This document shows positions 1 to 10,369 of a stretch of 58,472 nucleotides of DNA, one piece after another (the stretch's first letter is position 1; every line of letters begins with the position of its first letter). The notes beneath the pieces are model-generated. The model did not search any database. It was given only the letters and a program-made list of their open reading frames with translations, and was not told the DNA's origin. Origin of the DNA: Candidatus Latescibacterota bacterium (GTDB taxonomy: Bacteria; Latescibacterota; UBA2968; GCA-2709665); assembly GCA_963662665.2 (NCBI GenBank), contig CAXXJS010000014.1, positions 1 through 58,472 of the forward strand, in the 5' to 3' direction. Position numbers and translations under genes: made by a program.

Positions 1-1023
1 AACCGGGAACACCTGACGGACCGTACCGCCCGGGCGATCGTCGTCAACAGCAAGAACGCAAATGCCTGCACGGGGAACCGGGGGTTGGCCGATGCACGGC
101 AGACGGCGCGCGAGGTGGCGCGTGAACTCGACATCCTCCCGGAAGACGTGCTTGTCAACTCAACGGGTGTGATCGGTGTGCCCCTTCCCGTGGACAAAAT
201 CCGCGCGGGCATACCGGCGGCTGTCCGCGACCTCCGCGACGATGGCTGGAACGACGCCGCTGCCGCAATCATGACCACCGATACGACGCCGAAGCTTGCT
301 TCCGCGCAGATGCGGCTGGACGGGCGCGCCGTCACCATCTGCGGTATCGCGAAGGGGGCCGGTATGATCGCGCCCGACATGGCCACCATGCTCGGGTTTG
401 TCGCAACGGACGCCGCAATGGATCCGGGGCGGCTTGAAACGTGTCTCCGCGCCGCCTCAGACCTGTCTTTCAACTGCATTACAGTTGACGGCGACACGAG
501 TACGAACGACACGGTGCTCCTGCTGGCCAACGGCGAGGCTTGCGAACGCCCGCTCTCCGCCGGCGACCTGGATTCCTTTCAAACGGGACTGAATGCCGTC
601 TGCGCCAGCCTGGCCAGGCAGATCGCCCGTGACGGGGAAGGCGCAACCAAGCTCATCACCATCCGGGTCGCGGGAGCCGCGTCTTCTCGGGAAGCCCGAA
701 CCATCGGCATGTCCGTGGGTAACTCGAACCTCGTCAAGACCGCCGTCTTCGGAAGAGATCCGAACTGGGGTCGTATCCTCTGTGCAATCGGGTACGCGGG
801 CGTTCCTGTTGAACCCGGCAAGATCTCCGTTTCGATGGCCGGCATCCGCATCTTCGGCGACGGAGGCGGGCTGCCATTCGACTCCAGGGAAGCGATACGG
901 GCAATGTCGGGGACGGACGTGGATATCGATATCGACCTGGGCCAGGGTGCGGAAAGCGCCACAATTTACACGTGCGACCTGACCTACGACTACGTCAGGA
1001 TCAACGCCGAATACACCACTTGA
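1..1023 (+). CDS. argJ: Bifunctional ornithine acetyltransferase/N-acetylglutamate synthase (5' end outside window)
   Basis: Frame open from base 1; motifs NANACTG, STGVIG, AKGAGMIAPDMATML, DTSTNDT, DGEGATK, DPNWGRI, INAEYTT. Confidence 0.97.
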   Translation, partial: NREHLTDRTARAIVVNSKNANACTGNRGLADARQTAREVARELDILPEDVLVNSTGVIGVPLPVDKIRAGIPAAVRDLRDDGWNDAAAAIMTTDTTPKLASAQMRLDGRAVTICGIAKGAGMIAPDMATMLGFVATDAAMDPGRLETCLRAASDLSFNCITVDGDTSTNDTVLLLANGEACERPLSAGDLDSFQTGLNAVCASLARQIARDGEGATKLITIRVAGAASSREARTIGMSVGNSNLVKTAVFGRDPNWGRILCAIGYAGVPVEPGKISVSMAGIRIFGDGGGLPFDSREAIRAMSGTDVDIDIDLGQGAESATIYTCDLTYDYVRINAEYTT

Positions 1024-1050
1024 CCCGACGCATTGTCACAACCTGACCAA

Positions 1051-1084
1051 CCGCCCGTCCCGTACGGACGCGGCTTATTTTTTT
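1051..1084 (+). terminator. Probable intrinsic terminator after argJ
   Basis: cgtcc-cgtac-ggacg hairpin followed by a T run. Confidence 0.5.
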
Positions 1085-1117
1085 CCAAAACTGCAGACAT
1101 TGATTTCAACCCGGACC

Positions 1118-2311
1118 ATGGATAAAACCGTTCCTTCGTTTTCCAATCGCGTGCTCAGTGTAAACGAATCACTTACCGTAGCCACCTTTGCCAGGATGGG
1201 TGAACTGCAACGCCGGGGTGTGGATATCATCTCCCTGGTTGCGGGCGAACCCGATTTCGACACCCCGCAAAACATCAAGGACGCCGGTATCCGGGCCATC
1301 GTTAACGGGAACACCAAATACACCGCGCCCGCATCTGGCCTGCCCGAACTCAAACAGGCAATCGCAAGAAAACTTGATAGAGAAAATAACCTGGGCTACG
1401 ACCCATCGCAGATAGTCGTTACCTGTGGCGCCAAGCAGGTGATCTTCGATGCGGTCGTTGCACTGATCAACCCCGGCGACGAGGCGATAATTCCCTCTCC
1501 GTTCTGGGTGAGCTACGCTGATCAGGTCAAACTGATGGGTGGGCGGCCGGTCATTCTGAAAACAGACGAGGAGACGGGTTTTCGGGTCTGCCCCCAAAAG
1601 CTTGCGGATGCCATTACGCCGCGTACCAAGTTCGTACTCCTGAACAGCCCGTGCAATCCAACAGGTGAAGTCTACGCTTCCGATGAGCTGAGCGCCCTGG
1701 CAGACGTCGTCGCTGAGGCCGGTATTTACGTCATCTCGGACGAAATCTACGAAAAAATCGTCTACGACGGCGCCAGGCACGTTTCCATTGCCTCTGTTCA
1801 TCCTGAAGTGAAACGCAGAACGCTGCTTGTAAACGGTTTCTCCAAGGCCTACGCGATGACGGGCTGGCGAGTGGGGTACGGCGCCGGGCCTCCCGACCTG
1901 ATGAAACTGATCGCCAGGGTTCAGAGTCAGGAAACAACCAACACGTGCACGATTTCCCAGTATGCGGCTATCGAAGCGCTTGGCGCCACCCAGGAGAGCG
2001 TGGAAACCATGCGAGCCGCGTTCCAGGAACGCCGCGATCTGATCGTGGGGCGCCTGAACCGCATGCCGGGCGTCTCGTGCCGGATACCCCAGGGCGCGTT
2101 TTACGCCTTCGCGAATGTGTCCGCTCTGTACGACGATCTAATCAGGAACGACGTCGATCTCGCCAATTACCTGCTGGATGAAGCCAAGACGGGATGCGTA
2201 CCCGGCAGCGGCTTCGGTTCCGGCGATCACCTGCGATTCTCATATGCCGCGTCATTACCAAGGATTAACGAGGCGATGGACCGAATCGAGGCCGCCATCG
2301 GGCGAATCTGA
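1118..2311 (+). CDS. aspC: PLP-dependent class I/II (aspartate) aminotransferase
   Basis: GEPDFDTP, NSPCNPTG, SDEIY, SKAYAMTGWRVG (PLP lysine). Confidence 0.9.
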   Translation: MDKTVPSFSNRVLSVNESLTVATFARMGELQRRGVDIISLVAGEPDFDTPQNIKDAGIRAIVNGNTKYTAPASGLPELKQAIARKLDRENNLGYDPSQIVVTCGAKQVIFDAVVALINPGDEAIIPSPFWVSYADQVKLMGGRPVILKTDEETGFRVCPQKLADAITPRTKFVLLNSPCNPTGEVYASDELSALADVVAEAGIYVISDEIYEKIVYDGARHVSIASVHPEVKRRTLLVNGFSKAYAMTGWRVGYGAGPPDLMKLIARVQSQETTNTCTISQYAAIEALGATQESVETMRAAFQERRDLIVGRLNRMPGVSCRIPQGAFYAFANVSALYDDLIRNDVDLANYLLDEAKTGCVPGSGFGSGDHLRFSYAASLPRINEAMDRIEAAIGRI

Positions 2312-2344
2312 ACGCCTGGATCCTGTCGGAAAGGACACCTGACG

Positions 2345-3310
2345 ATGAAGGACAAGAAGAAAATATACCTGGATTTCGAGCGTCCCATTGCGGTACTGGA
2401 TAAAAAAATCGAAGACCTCGAGATCCGCGCCGAAACCGAAAACACCGACGTGTCCGTCGAACTGACCACACTGAAAAAACGGGTTGAAAAGGTGGAGAGG
2501 GAAATCTACTCGGATATGAGCCGGTGGCAGATTTACCAGGTGGCGGGACACCCGCAGCGCCCGCACACGATGGATTACATTCGGTTGATGCTCACCGACT
2601 TTATGGAACTCCATGGAGACCGGACCTACAGAGACGATCCGGCAGTTGTGAGCGGCTTTGCCCGGCTCGACGGACAGCCGTTACTGGTCCTGGGTACGCA
2701 GAAGGGGCGCAATACGCGGGAGAATATTCATCGAAACTTTGGCATGGCGCACCCGGAAGGATACAGAAAGGCACTGCGCGTCATGAAACTCGCCGCGAAA
2801 TTCAAACGCCCCGTCCTCTGTCTGATCGATACGCCCGGGGCTTACCCGGGTATCGGATCGGAGGAACGGAGCGTTTCGGAAGCCATCGCCAGAAATCTTT
2901 TCGAGATGTCCCGGCTTCCGGTTCCCGTCATCGTGGTCATTATCGGCGAGGGGGCAAGCGGCGGCGCACTCGGCATCGGCGTCGGCGACCGAATCCTGAT
3001 GCTGGAAAACGCCTGGTATTCCGTGATCAACCCCCAGTCCTGTTCTCTTATTCTCTGGCGGAATCGCGACAAGAAGGAAGAAGCAGCCGAGGCGCTGAGG
3101 ATCACCGCACCGGACCTGGTCCCTCTTGGGATTGTCGATAGAATAGTACCTGAGCCCTTTGGTGGCGCGCACAGAGACCATGTTACGACAAGTGAAAACC
3201 TGAAGCGTATCCTGCTGGACGAACTTCAGAATCTCACGCGCAGGCGCCCCGACGAGCTTGTCCGCGAGAGGGTCGATAAATTCGGTCGGATGGGGGTGTG
3301 GGACGAGTGA
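2345..3310 (+). CDS. accA: Acetyl-CoA carboxylase carboxyltransferase alpha subunit
   Basis: [43 protein letters not shown]. Confidence 0.97.
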   Translation: MKDKKKIYLDFERPIAVLDKKIEDLEIRAETENTDVSVELTTLKKRVEKVEREIYSDMSRWQIYQVAGHPQRPHTMDYIRLMLTDFMELHGDRTYRDDPAVVSGFARLDGQPLLVLGTQKGRNTRENIHRNFGMAHPEGYRKALRVMKLAAKFKRPVLCLIDTPGAYPGIGSEERSVSEAIARNLFEMSRLPVPVIVVIIGEGASGGALGIGVGDRILMLENAWYSVINPQSCSLILWRNRDKKEEAAEALRITAPDLVPLGIVDRIVPEPFGGAHRDHVTTSENLKRILLDELQNLTRRRPDELVRERVDKFGRMGVWDE

Positions 3311-3611
3311 TCCGCGCTTGCCGATGGGCGCCCGGATAGTAGATACTCCAGGTTGAAAATTTAGCAAAAAATGGGCCATCGTGTGCCCGTTTTCTTTGGC
3401 CATTATGACTATGAACGCCGAACTTTCAGTAACTTGCTGTTTACGCGGGACGTTCAGCAATTTGACCAAATTTGAGGATAATTGTTGCAGAAACCGGCGA
3501 CAGGGACGCCGCCAGAAACTAAAGAAAAAAAATATCACGTCCAGCCATTTGTGTTTCAATATCTTATGCGTCAGTCACCCGAATTTCAACCTCTTTTTCT
3601 CAGATTACCCC

Positions 3612-3640
3612 TTGACGACATGGCAATCGGACTATATATT
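3612..3640 (+). promoter_or_regulatory. Sigma70-type promoter
   Basis: TTGACG-17nt-TATATT; IHF-like TTTCAATATCTTA at 3554-3566 upstream. Confidence 0.7.
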
Positions 3641-3646
3641 TCAGAA

Positions 3647-4116
3647 CGTATCCGCGAAGAGACTGCTTTCCTGTAAGATGTTGTCTTGGAGCAGGTTACA
3701 ATATCGGACCCGTGCGCCTTTAGGTGGGTTCTCCCGAGGCGAAGAAGCCCGGATTTGGTACAGAACCGGGGAATTACCGCGGTTCGTTTTGATGTTGGGC
3801 CGAAGCCCATAGAACACATACGCGTTTACAGGGTTATTGGGCGTCGGCGGTGCCTCGTTTCGCAAACAGAAAACGATTTTATGGGCGGTATGGACGTTAA
3901 GGGAATACGCTTCGGCACACGATCCAGCCTGGGGGAAGTTGAAAGCAACGGCTCTTTGGTTGGCGGCAGTCTTATTGGGGGAGATAATACTGCCAGCGAG
4001 ACCGATCAGATAGAACTGCTGCTTTTCTTCTTATGCATCGTGGCTCTGTGTCGACACATCGTTCCTGTGCGTCCATCCGCCCATTTTTCTGTTGCCCCAT
4101 GGCATTCCCGCGGATC
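3647..4116 (+). ncRNA. Candidate large structured non-coding RNA (unclassified)
   Basis: Downstream of a strong promoter, no credible ORF. Nested helices 3650-3656/4109-4115, 3865-3873/4085-4093, 3881-3896/4070-4084, 3918-3923/4037-4042, 3944-3955/4012-4023, 3965-3970/3989-3994; local hairpins and a cUUCGg loop. Confidence 0.6.
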
Positions 4117-4265
4117 AATTGGACGGCTCTCGCCGCTTCCAGATTCACCGGACAGTAATTTTCGCGCGTAAGACACGCATAGACCGGTTCCGCACGTTTC
4201 GCGTTCGCGCGTATCCCCGCAACCCACCCGGTAAACCAACCCCGATGACTCTCCCTGCCGCGCCT

Positions 4266-6635
4266 TCACGGCTCCTCAAGCCACCCACGCGCGTCAATAC
4301 CATGCTCATCGATGTGTATCTCTACGGCGCCCATCAGATCGGTCCGGTAAATTGAAATCCCCATCGCCTCGTAGCGCCGGATCACCTCAGGGGAAGGATG
4401 GCGGAATTTGTTCCTGATCCCGCACGAGACCGCGACCAGCTCGGGACGTACGGCGCCCAGAAAGGCGGCCGTGGACGACGTGCGTGATCCGTGGTGAGCG
4501 GCCTTCAGCACCTGGGCGCGAAGCCGGTCCCCCCACCTCAGGAGATCAGAATCGGTCTCATGTTCGATGTCGCCCGTAAGCAGAACGGCGATACCTCTAT
4601 AGGTCAAACTGATCACCACCGAACCGTTATTGAGGCCCAGAGGGGCAGGTCCGTTTCGCGAGACATAATCCGGTGTCGGGTGAAGGACCACGGCGTCAAC
4701 GTCACCAAGTCCCGCGAGCCGGTCCCCTGCCCCCACTGCGGCATAGCGTATGCCCTTATTCCGGATCAGCGTGCGGATCCGACGGGCCGTCCAGGAATCG
4801 TAATGTTGACCGGCGTCCAGGTACCAACCGACCTCTACCCGGTCCAAAAGCGTCACGAATCCGCCGATGTGATCGCTGTGCGGGTGGGAAGCGACGACGG
4901 CGTCGATTCGATTGATCCCCTCCGCCTTCAGAAACGGAATCAGTACGCGTTCCCCCACATCGATGTTCACCGCACGCAAGCCGCCGTCAACCAGCACGGT
5001 CCTCCCATTGGGAAACCTCAGAAAGATTCCGTCGCCCTGTCCCACGTCCAGCACCAGGATGCGCAAGCCCGCGGGCCTCGGCCAGAGATCTGACCACACC
5101 CAGAGATTCGCCACGGACAACGCAATGAAAACAAACCGGCGACCCCACGGTTGCGACCTCGCGCCGGGCAGGATCAGGAGCGCCGCACAGAGATACAGCC
5201 CCATTGCGGTCCATCCGGGCCTTGGTACTTCAACGGCTGCCCATGCCGGCGCGGCGAACCAGCTCGCGGCCATAATGGCGCCCTTCAAGACAATCCAGTT
5301 CGCGCCATTCAACAACGCCGCGACCGAAGACGACAGGTGAAAAATGACTACCCCGATCAGCCCCAGCGCGACGGCAGCCGCCATCAAGGGTACCACAACG
5401 AGATTGGCGATTACCGACACAACCGAGAGTAACCCGAAATAGGTAAGAACCAGAGGCAGTGTGGCCACCTGCGCGGCCACCGAGACCGCCAGCGGTGTCC
5501 ACACCCATTGGCCCACGCCACCGGCACGGCCGGCAGGTAACCACGCCCGTATCGGTCTATAGAGTACAAGTATTCCCGCGGTGGCGGCAAATGAGAGTTG
5601 AAAGCCTACGTCGAACAGGTCCTGCGGCCTGAATATCAAAATAAGAAAGCCTGCCAGGCCGAGTGAATTCAGTCCCTCTCCCTGTGTGTTCCCCAATCGA
5701 CCCCAAATGGTAATCGCGCACATCATGGAGGCCCTGACCACGGACGGCGGCAGACCCGTAACCAGGGCGTAGAGCAGCACGGCGCAAACGGTCGACCATG
5801 CCGTTGTCGTCCTGCCGCATCCGACCGCGCCGAGTCCGAAAAACACCACCGCGGCAATCAGACCCACGTGTAAGCCCGAAACAGCCAGTACGTGGTTGAC
5901 GCCTGCCCGTGTGAACGCCGTACGCACGTCGTCGGGCACACCACGTTTCTCCCCCAGCAATATCCCTTTCAGCAATCCTGCCGGCCCGCCGGACAGATTG
6001 TACGCCACGCCCCGTCGCACGCCCCGGCGCACGGGTAACACCACGTACGTCCACAACCACCCCCCCTTTCCCCTTTGGGTTTCCAGGATCTGTTCGCTCC
6101 TGGAAACGGAACCCATCACGTGGATTCCCTTACGTTCCAGAAAGTCGCGGTAGTCGAACGCACCGGGATTTCTGGCGGGTTGTGGCCGGCGAAGGTGGAA
6201 CCGCGTCACCAGACGGTCGCCGTAGTCCACGTCCGGCCGGAATTTCCGGATCCTGATGAGAACCGTTCCCCGGATCGAATACACCGTGTCACGTACGGTT
6301 ACGCGTTCCGCGGCCAGCCGCAAACGCAACCCGTCTTCCATCCATTCCGGTTCCTCAACGACGCGCCCGTCGAGCAATACCGGATCGTTTCGTCCGGCAA
6401 ACAGGACGATATGGTTTTGAGGCAGATCTTCCATAACGCTTTCGTACCTCATTGCACCCAGAACAATCAAGAGAACGCCGGGCCAGGGCCAGCGACTTTT
6501 CCAACCTGCCGCTGAAACGACCCAGAGTGCGAGGCCGCCGGTCCAAAGAACCCATACAGGCACCGCCCAACGATGTGCCACGAGCACGCCCGTGGCAAAA
6601 AACGCCGCAGATAGCAATGCCGGGCGTCGCGTCAC
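4266..6635 (-). CDS. comEC: DNA internalization competence protein ComEC/Rec2
   Basis: NPGAFDY, HVLAVSGLHVG, GFQLSF, DVGQGD, SHPHSDHIGG, HHGSRTSS, HPSPEV. Confidence 0.96.
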   Translation of the reverse strand: MTRRPALLSAAFFATGVLVAHRWAVPVWVLWTGGLALWVVSAAGWKSRWPWPGVLLIVLGAMRYESVMEDLPQNHIVLFAGRNDPVLLDGRVVEEPEWMEDGLRLRLAAERVTVRDTVYSIRGTVLIRIRKFRPDVDYGDRLVTRFHLRRPQPARNPGAFDYRDFLERKGIHVMGSVSRSEQILETQRGKGGWLWTYVVLPVRRGVRRGVAYNLSGGPAGLLKGILLGEKRGVPDDVRTAFTRAGVNHVLAVSGLHVGLIAAVVFFGLGAVGCGRTTTAWSTVCAVLLYALVTGLPPSVVRASMMCAITIWGRLGNTQGEGLNSLGLAGFLILIFRPQDLFDVGFQLSFAATAGILVLYRPIRAWLPAGRAGGVGQWVWTPLAVSVAAQVATLPLVLTYFGLLSVVSVIANLVVVPLMAAAVALGLIGVVIFHLSSSVAALLNGANWIVLKGAIMAASWFAAPAWAAVEVPRPGWTAMGLYLCAALLILPGARSQPWGRRFVFIALSVANLWVWSDLWPRPAGLRILVLDVGQGDGIFLRFPNGRTVLVDGGLRAVNIDVGERVLIPFLKAEGINRIDAVVASHPHSDHIGGFVTLLDRVEVGWYLDAGQHYDSWTARRIRTLIRNKGIRYAAVGAGDRLAGLGDVDAVVLHPTPDYVSRNGPAPLGLNNGSVVISLTYRGIAVLLTGDIEHETDSDLLRWGDRLRAQVLKAAHHGSRTSSTAAFLGAVRPELVAVSCGIRNKFRHPSPEVIRRYEAMGISIYRTDLMGAVEIHIDEHGIDARGWLEEP

Positions 6636-6810
6636 CGCTCCCTCCGTTTCGCGCCGAGTTCCCTTTACAACACGGCAAATTTCGTGCCGCTCCGGAGGAC
6701 AGGGGGTTTTCCGTTTTTTGCGATTCCATATGGAACGATCCGTTCAATTGATGCTTCGAAAGATTCACGGGCACCCCCGTTCCCCGTGAGAGCGCCGCCC
6801 GAACAATCAA

Positions 6811-6839
6811 TTGACATTCCCCGAAGGAGATGCTATATT
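6811..6839 (+). promoter_or_regulatory. Sigma70-type promoter of the truA operon
   Basis: TTGACA-17nt-TATATT with TG extended -10. Confidence 0.7.
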
Positions 6840-7006
6840 TCGTCAATATTCGAGTGGTCACCGATCCGTTTTTCTTTAAAGAACACCGAATTTGGAAGCC
6901 GCATCCGGCCATCGGGATCGGAGTTTCATTCATAGGGGGCAATTGCCCCGCCAACGTGGGTCCGCATTCCGCGGAGTCGCCACCAATTCAAGCCGATCCA
7001 GCTTTA

Positions 7007-7753
7007 ATGCAACGGAATATTCGGCTCCTGCTGGAATACGACGGTACAGATTTCAAGGGCTGGCAGATTCAGCCCGACCAGCGCACGGTCCAGGGAACTC
7101 TGGAAACCTGTCTGGCCGCACTTATGGGACACCCCGTCCGCGCCATCGGCGCCGGTCGAACGGATGCGGGAGTCCACGCACTGGAGCAGGTGGCCAATTT
7201 CCATACGCCCAATCCACTACCATTGCAGCGAATCGAGGCCGCGCTCAATAGCAGGCTGCCGCCCGATCTGGTCGTTCTGAACACAGACGAAGTTCCGCCT
7301 GCATTTGACGCACGTCGCAGCGCGAGGCGTCGAACATACCTGTACCGCATCGAGTACAGGCGCCGTGCCATCGGCCGTGGGCAGGCCTGGCACCTTCGCA
7401 GCCGGCTGAATATGGACGAAATGCGATCCGCGGCGAGCAGCGCGCTGGGTTATCACGACTTCACGTCGTTCTGCGTCGCTTCGTACGAGAAAACGAACCG
7501 GAACTGCCGCGTCTACGAGTGCATACTCGCCTGTATTGACGACGGCGTCCACGTGGAGATATCGGCCGACCGCTTTCTTCGGTCTATGGTGCGTGGAATT
7601 GTCGGCACCCTGGTTCAGGTGGGAAGAGGCACACGGCGGCCGGACGCGATGAGCACGATACTGGAGGCGCGAAACAGGCAGTGTGCTGGTCCCAACGCCC
7701 CGCCCCAGGGCCTTTTTCTAAAAAGAGTTTCTTACGAAGAACCGGAAGAATAG
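7007..7753 (+). CDS. truA: tRNA pseudouridine(38-40) synthase
   Basis: EYDGTDFKGWQ, AGRTDAGVHA, FLRSMVR, APPQGLFL. Confidence 0.97.
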   Translation: MQRNIRLLLEYDGTDFKGWQIQPDQRTVQGTLETCLAALMGHPVRAIGAGRTDAGVHALEQVANFHTPNPLPLQRIEAALNSRLPPDLVVLNTDEVPPAFDARRSARRRTYLYRIEYRRRAIGRGQAWHLRSRLNMDEMRSAASSALGYHDFTSFCVASYEKTNRNCRVYECILACIDDGVHVEISADRFLRSMVRGIVGTLVQVGRGTRRPDAMSTILEARNRQCAGPNAPPQGLFLKRVSYEEPEE

Positions 7754-7756
7754 GAC

Positions 7757-8902
7757 GTGCGGCGACCGGTCTGGATCGTTATTGAAAGCACCATTGCGGC
7801 ATTGTTACTGGCATTTGTCGCTGAAGATCAACCGGAGGGGGCCTCTCCGTCGTCCGCCGCAGGTCCGGAAATAGACGCCTCCCGAAAAAATGCCATCGTC
7901 CGGGCGGTCGAAAGGGTGGCGCCTTCGGTGGTGGGGGTAACGACCGTTACCCTCGAACGATACAACGTCAGGTACGTGCATCCGTTTTTTGATTTCTTTT
8001 CATATCCCGGAACCGTTCACAAGAAGCGGCCGGGGATCGGATCCGGCGTTGTGATCCGATCCGACGGGTACATACTGACCAACTACCATGTCGTGGAAGG
8101 CGCGCGGGAAATCACCGTCACATTTTCGGATGGCCGGAATTACAAGGTTCAGGACACGCGAAAAGACGTAATGGTCGACCGCAGCGCCGACCTGGCGGTC
8201 ATACGGGTAAACGCGAAGAATCTTACGGTTCCCGAACTGGGAGATTCCGAAGACGTCATCATCGGCGAATGGGCGATCGCCATCGGCAATCCATTCGGCC
8301 TTCAGATCGAAGATCCCGAACCGACCGTCACCGTTGGCGTCGTTAGTGCGGTAAAACGAAATTTGAGGCTGGATCAGGACGACGGTGGGCTTTCTTATAC
8401 CAATATGATCCAGACCGACGCGTCGATCAATCCGGGCAACAGTGGAGGACCGCTGGTCAACGGCGTCGGCCAGGTCATCGGCATCAACACATTCATCATC
8501 ACAAAGAGCGGGGGTTCCCTCGGCATCGGATTCGCACTCCCCATCAATCGCGCAAAAGTAATCGCCGACCGATTGATCGCAGGTGGAGTTCAGGAGTTCT
8601 GGTCCGGTTTCGAGTTGCACCCGGCCCTGACGCGCGGCCTCGCGAACGCGCTGGGGCTATACACGCATCGCGGCGCCCTGATTACGCGCGTTACAGACAG
8701 CAGCCCGGCTTCTCGTGCAAGGCTGAATCCGGGAGACCTGATCATTTCGGTGAACGGCCATGCCGTACGAAGCGCCGACGACGTGCACAGGATTCTGAAA
8801 GACGCCCGTATTGGAGACTCGCTTACAATGAACATCCTGCGAGGCACGCTGAGATTTACAACCCTTCTGCAGCCGGAACAGACGCCTGCCGGGCAACGTT
8901 AG
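7757..8902 (+). CDS. HtrA/DegP-family serine protease with one PDZ domain
   Basis: N-terminal hydrophobic anchor; TNYHVV, DLAV, TDASINPGNSGGPL; C-terminal PDZ. Confidence 0.92.
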   Translation: MRRPVWIVIESTIAALLLAFVAEDQPEGASPSSAAGPEIDASRKNAIVRAVERVAPSVVGVTTVTLERYNVRYVHPFFDFFSYPGTVHKKRPGIGSGVVIRSDGYILTNYHVVEGAREITVTFSDGRNYKVQDTRKDVMVDRSADLAVIRVNAKNLTVPELGDSEDVIIGEWAIAIGNPFGLQIEDPEPTVTVGVVSAVKRNLRLDQDDGGLSYTNMIQTDASINPGNSGGPLVNGVGQVIGINTFIITKSGGSLGIGFALPINRAKVIADRLIAGGVQEFWSGFELHPALTRGLANALGLYTHRGALITRVTDSSPASRARLNPGDLIISVNGHAVRSADDVHRILKDARIGDSLTMNILRGTLRFTTLLQPEQTPAGQR

Positions 8903-8945
8903 ATTTAATAGAGCCGGATTACTCGAATTTCGGAGCCGTTTTGCC

Positions 8946-9662
8946 ATGAGAAAGAGGGCCGCCGTCCCGAGCATGGTAACACTTTGCAACCTCTGCTGTG
9001 GTTTCCTTTCAATCGCTTACGCCATGGACGGGAAGCTGGTCCCGGCGGCCTGGTTAATTGTTATCGCGGGCTTTCTCGATGCCTTCGACGGCAAACTCGC
9101 CCGTCTGATCGATTCGCCCACCGATTTCGGCGTTCAGTTCGACTCGCTGGCCGATGTCTGCTCGTTCGGCGTGGCTCCTGCCGTTCTGATGTTCCAGTAC
9201 TTCCAGGGGCTGCTGGATGCCGTATGGCTGCCGTTTGCAGCCTGCTTTCTGTTCCTTCTGTGCGGCGCACTCCGGCTGGCGCGGTTCAACGTTCAACTCA
9301 AGGGTGACGAAAAGGAAGACTTTGTCGGTCTGCCCATTCCTTCGGCCGCCGGTACGATGGCCGCTTACATCGTCTTTGCGGAACGGGTCTGGCAGAGTAC
9401 CCGGGAACCCCACGTCGCCCTTCTGCTGTGTGTCGTTCTGGGCTTGCTGATGATCAGTCCGTTCGGATATCCCGCCTTTCCCCGATTCAGCATCGAAACC
9501 CGCAGGGACCGCTGGAGACTGTCGCTCGCCATTGCGGCCTTTATCCCGGTTGCGCTTTTCCCGGACGAAGCATTTTTCCCCATCGCGTTCGCATTCTCGA
9601 TCTCCGGCGCCGTCCGGTGGCTGTCGCACCTGATTGTACACAGGGAAGTGGCGGATATCTGA
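8946..9662 (+). CDS. pssA: CDP-diacylglycerol--serine O-phosphatidyltransferase
   Basis: DAFDGKLAR...FGVQFDSLAD motif, ALRLARFN, FVGLPIP. Confidence 0.92.
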   Translation: MRKRAAVPSMVTLCNLCCGFLSIAYAMDGKLVPAAWLIVIAGFLDAFDGKLARLIDSPTDFGVQFDSLADVCSFGVAPAVLMFQYFQGLLDAVWLPFAACFLFLLCGALRLARFNVQLKGDEKEDFVGLPIPSAAGTMAAYIVFAERVWQSTREPHVALLLCVVLGLLMISPFGYPAFPRFSIETRRDRWRLSLAIAAFIPVALFPDEAFFPIAFAFSISGAVRWLSHLIVHREVADI

Positions 9663-9694
9663 ACCTGCCTTGAACCCGAGTGGAGCGGAAGTGG

Positions 9695-9976
9695 ATGAAG
9701 AATAAAAGCGTCGGTCTCCTGATTGTAGCAATCTTCCTGGGCATCCTGGCCAGCCAGGTCTTCGGCGCGGTTCTGAACGTGATTTTCGGCAGTCTCGGCC
9801 TGGAAGACAACATGGTTTCCAAGGTGCTGGTGGATCCGCTGGTCGCCTACGAATTCTACCCGATCCGCCTTAACCTGCTGGTAATGACAGTCACATTCGG
9901 CCTTTCTCTCAATTTTAACGTTCTCAGCCTGATCGGCATCGGAACGGCATACTATTACGTCAAGTATTCTTACTGA
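9695..9976 (+). CDS. Small membrane protein, DUF4321-like
   Basis: Hydrophobic; LNLLVMTVTFGLSLNFNVLSLIG pattern. Confidence 0.7.
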   Translation: MKNKSVGLLIVAIFLGILASQVFGAVLNVIFGSLGLEDNMVSKVLVDPLVAYEFYPIRLNLLVMTVTFGLSLNFNVLSLIGIGTAYYYVKYSY

Positions 9977-10132
9977 TTGACAGTTGTGCCGGGTGAAACA
10001 CGAGGCCGAAACCCGCCCTTGGGCGTTGCGGGTCACATGGACAGCCCCCCGTCCCCGCCGGTTGCGGAGGCATCGCCGTCCGACACCGACGGAAGCGTGG
10101 ACGGCCTTTCTTCATAAAATGTGAGGTGTACC

Positions 10133-10357
10133 ATGCTGGGTGGAATCGGAACATGGGAAATACTCCTGATCTTCCTGGTCATCCTGCTGCTTTTCGGGGC
10201 CAAACGCATTCCGGATATCGCCAAAAGCGTTGGAAAAGGGGTTACGGAATTCAAGAGGGGCCTGCGGGACATCCAGGATGAGATCGAAACCGGAGCGGAT
10301 CCACCCGCCAAGTCCGGCGGCAAGGCAACGGAAACGGAAAAAACCGCCAAACCGTAG
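10133..10357 (+). CDS. tatA: Twin-arginine translocase TatA/TatE
   Basis: MLGGIGTWEILLIFLVILLLFGAKRIPDIAKSVGKGVTEFK; GAGGTG RBS. Confidence 0.95.
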   Translation: MLGGIGTWEILLIFLVILLLFGAKRIPDIAKSVGKGVTEFKRGLRDIQDEIETGADPPAKSGGKATETEKTAKP

Positions 10358-10369
10358 CTGGGAGGCAAA

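Noticed and set aside
3640-4260. RNase P, tmRNA, SRP or intron identity for the intergenic RNA
   Set aside because: ACAGAAAA and TTGAAAG resemble RNase P CR-II/III but GAGGAAAGUCC and CR-V are missing; no tRNA-like ends, SRP loop or group II domain V; group I R/S-like words are not in a compatible order
3381-4355. ORFs 3381-3812, 3686-4171 and others in the accA-comEC gap
   Set aside because: No clear RBS, no motifs, atypical composition
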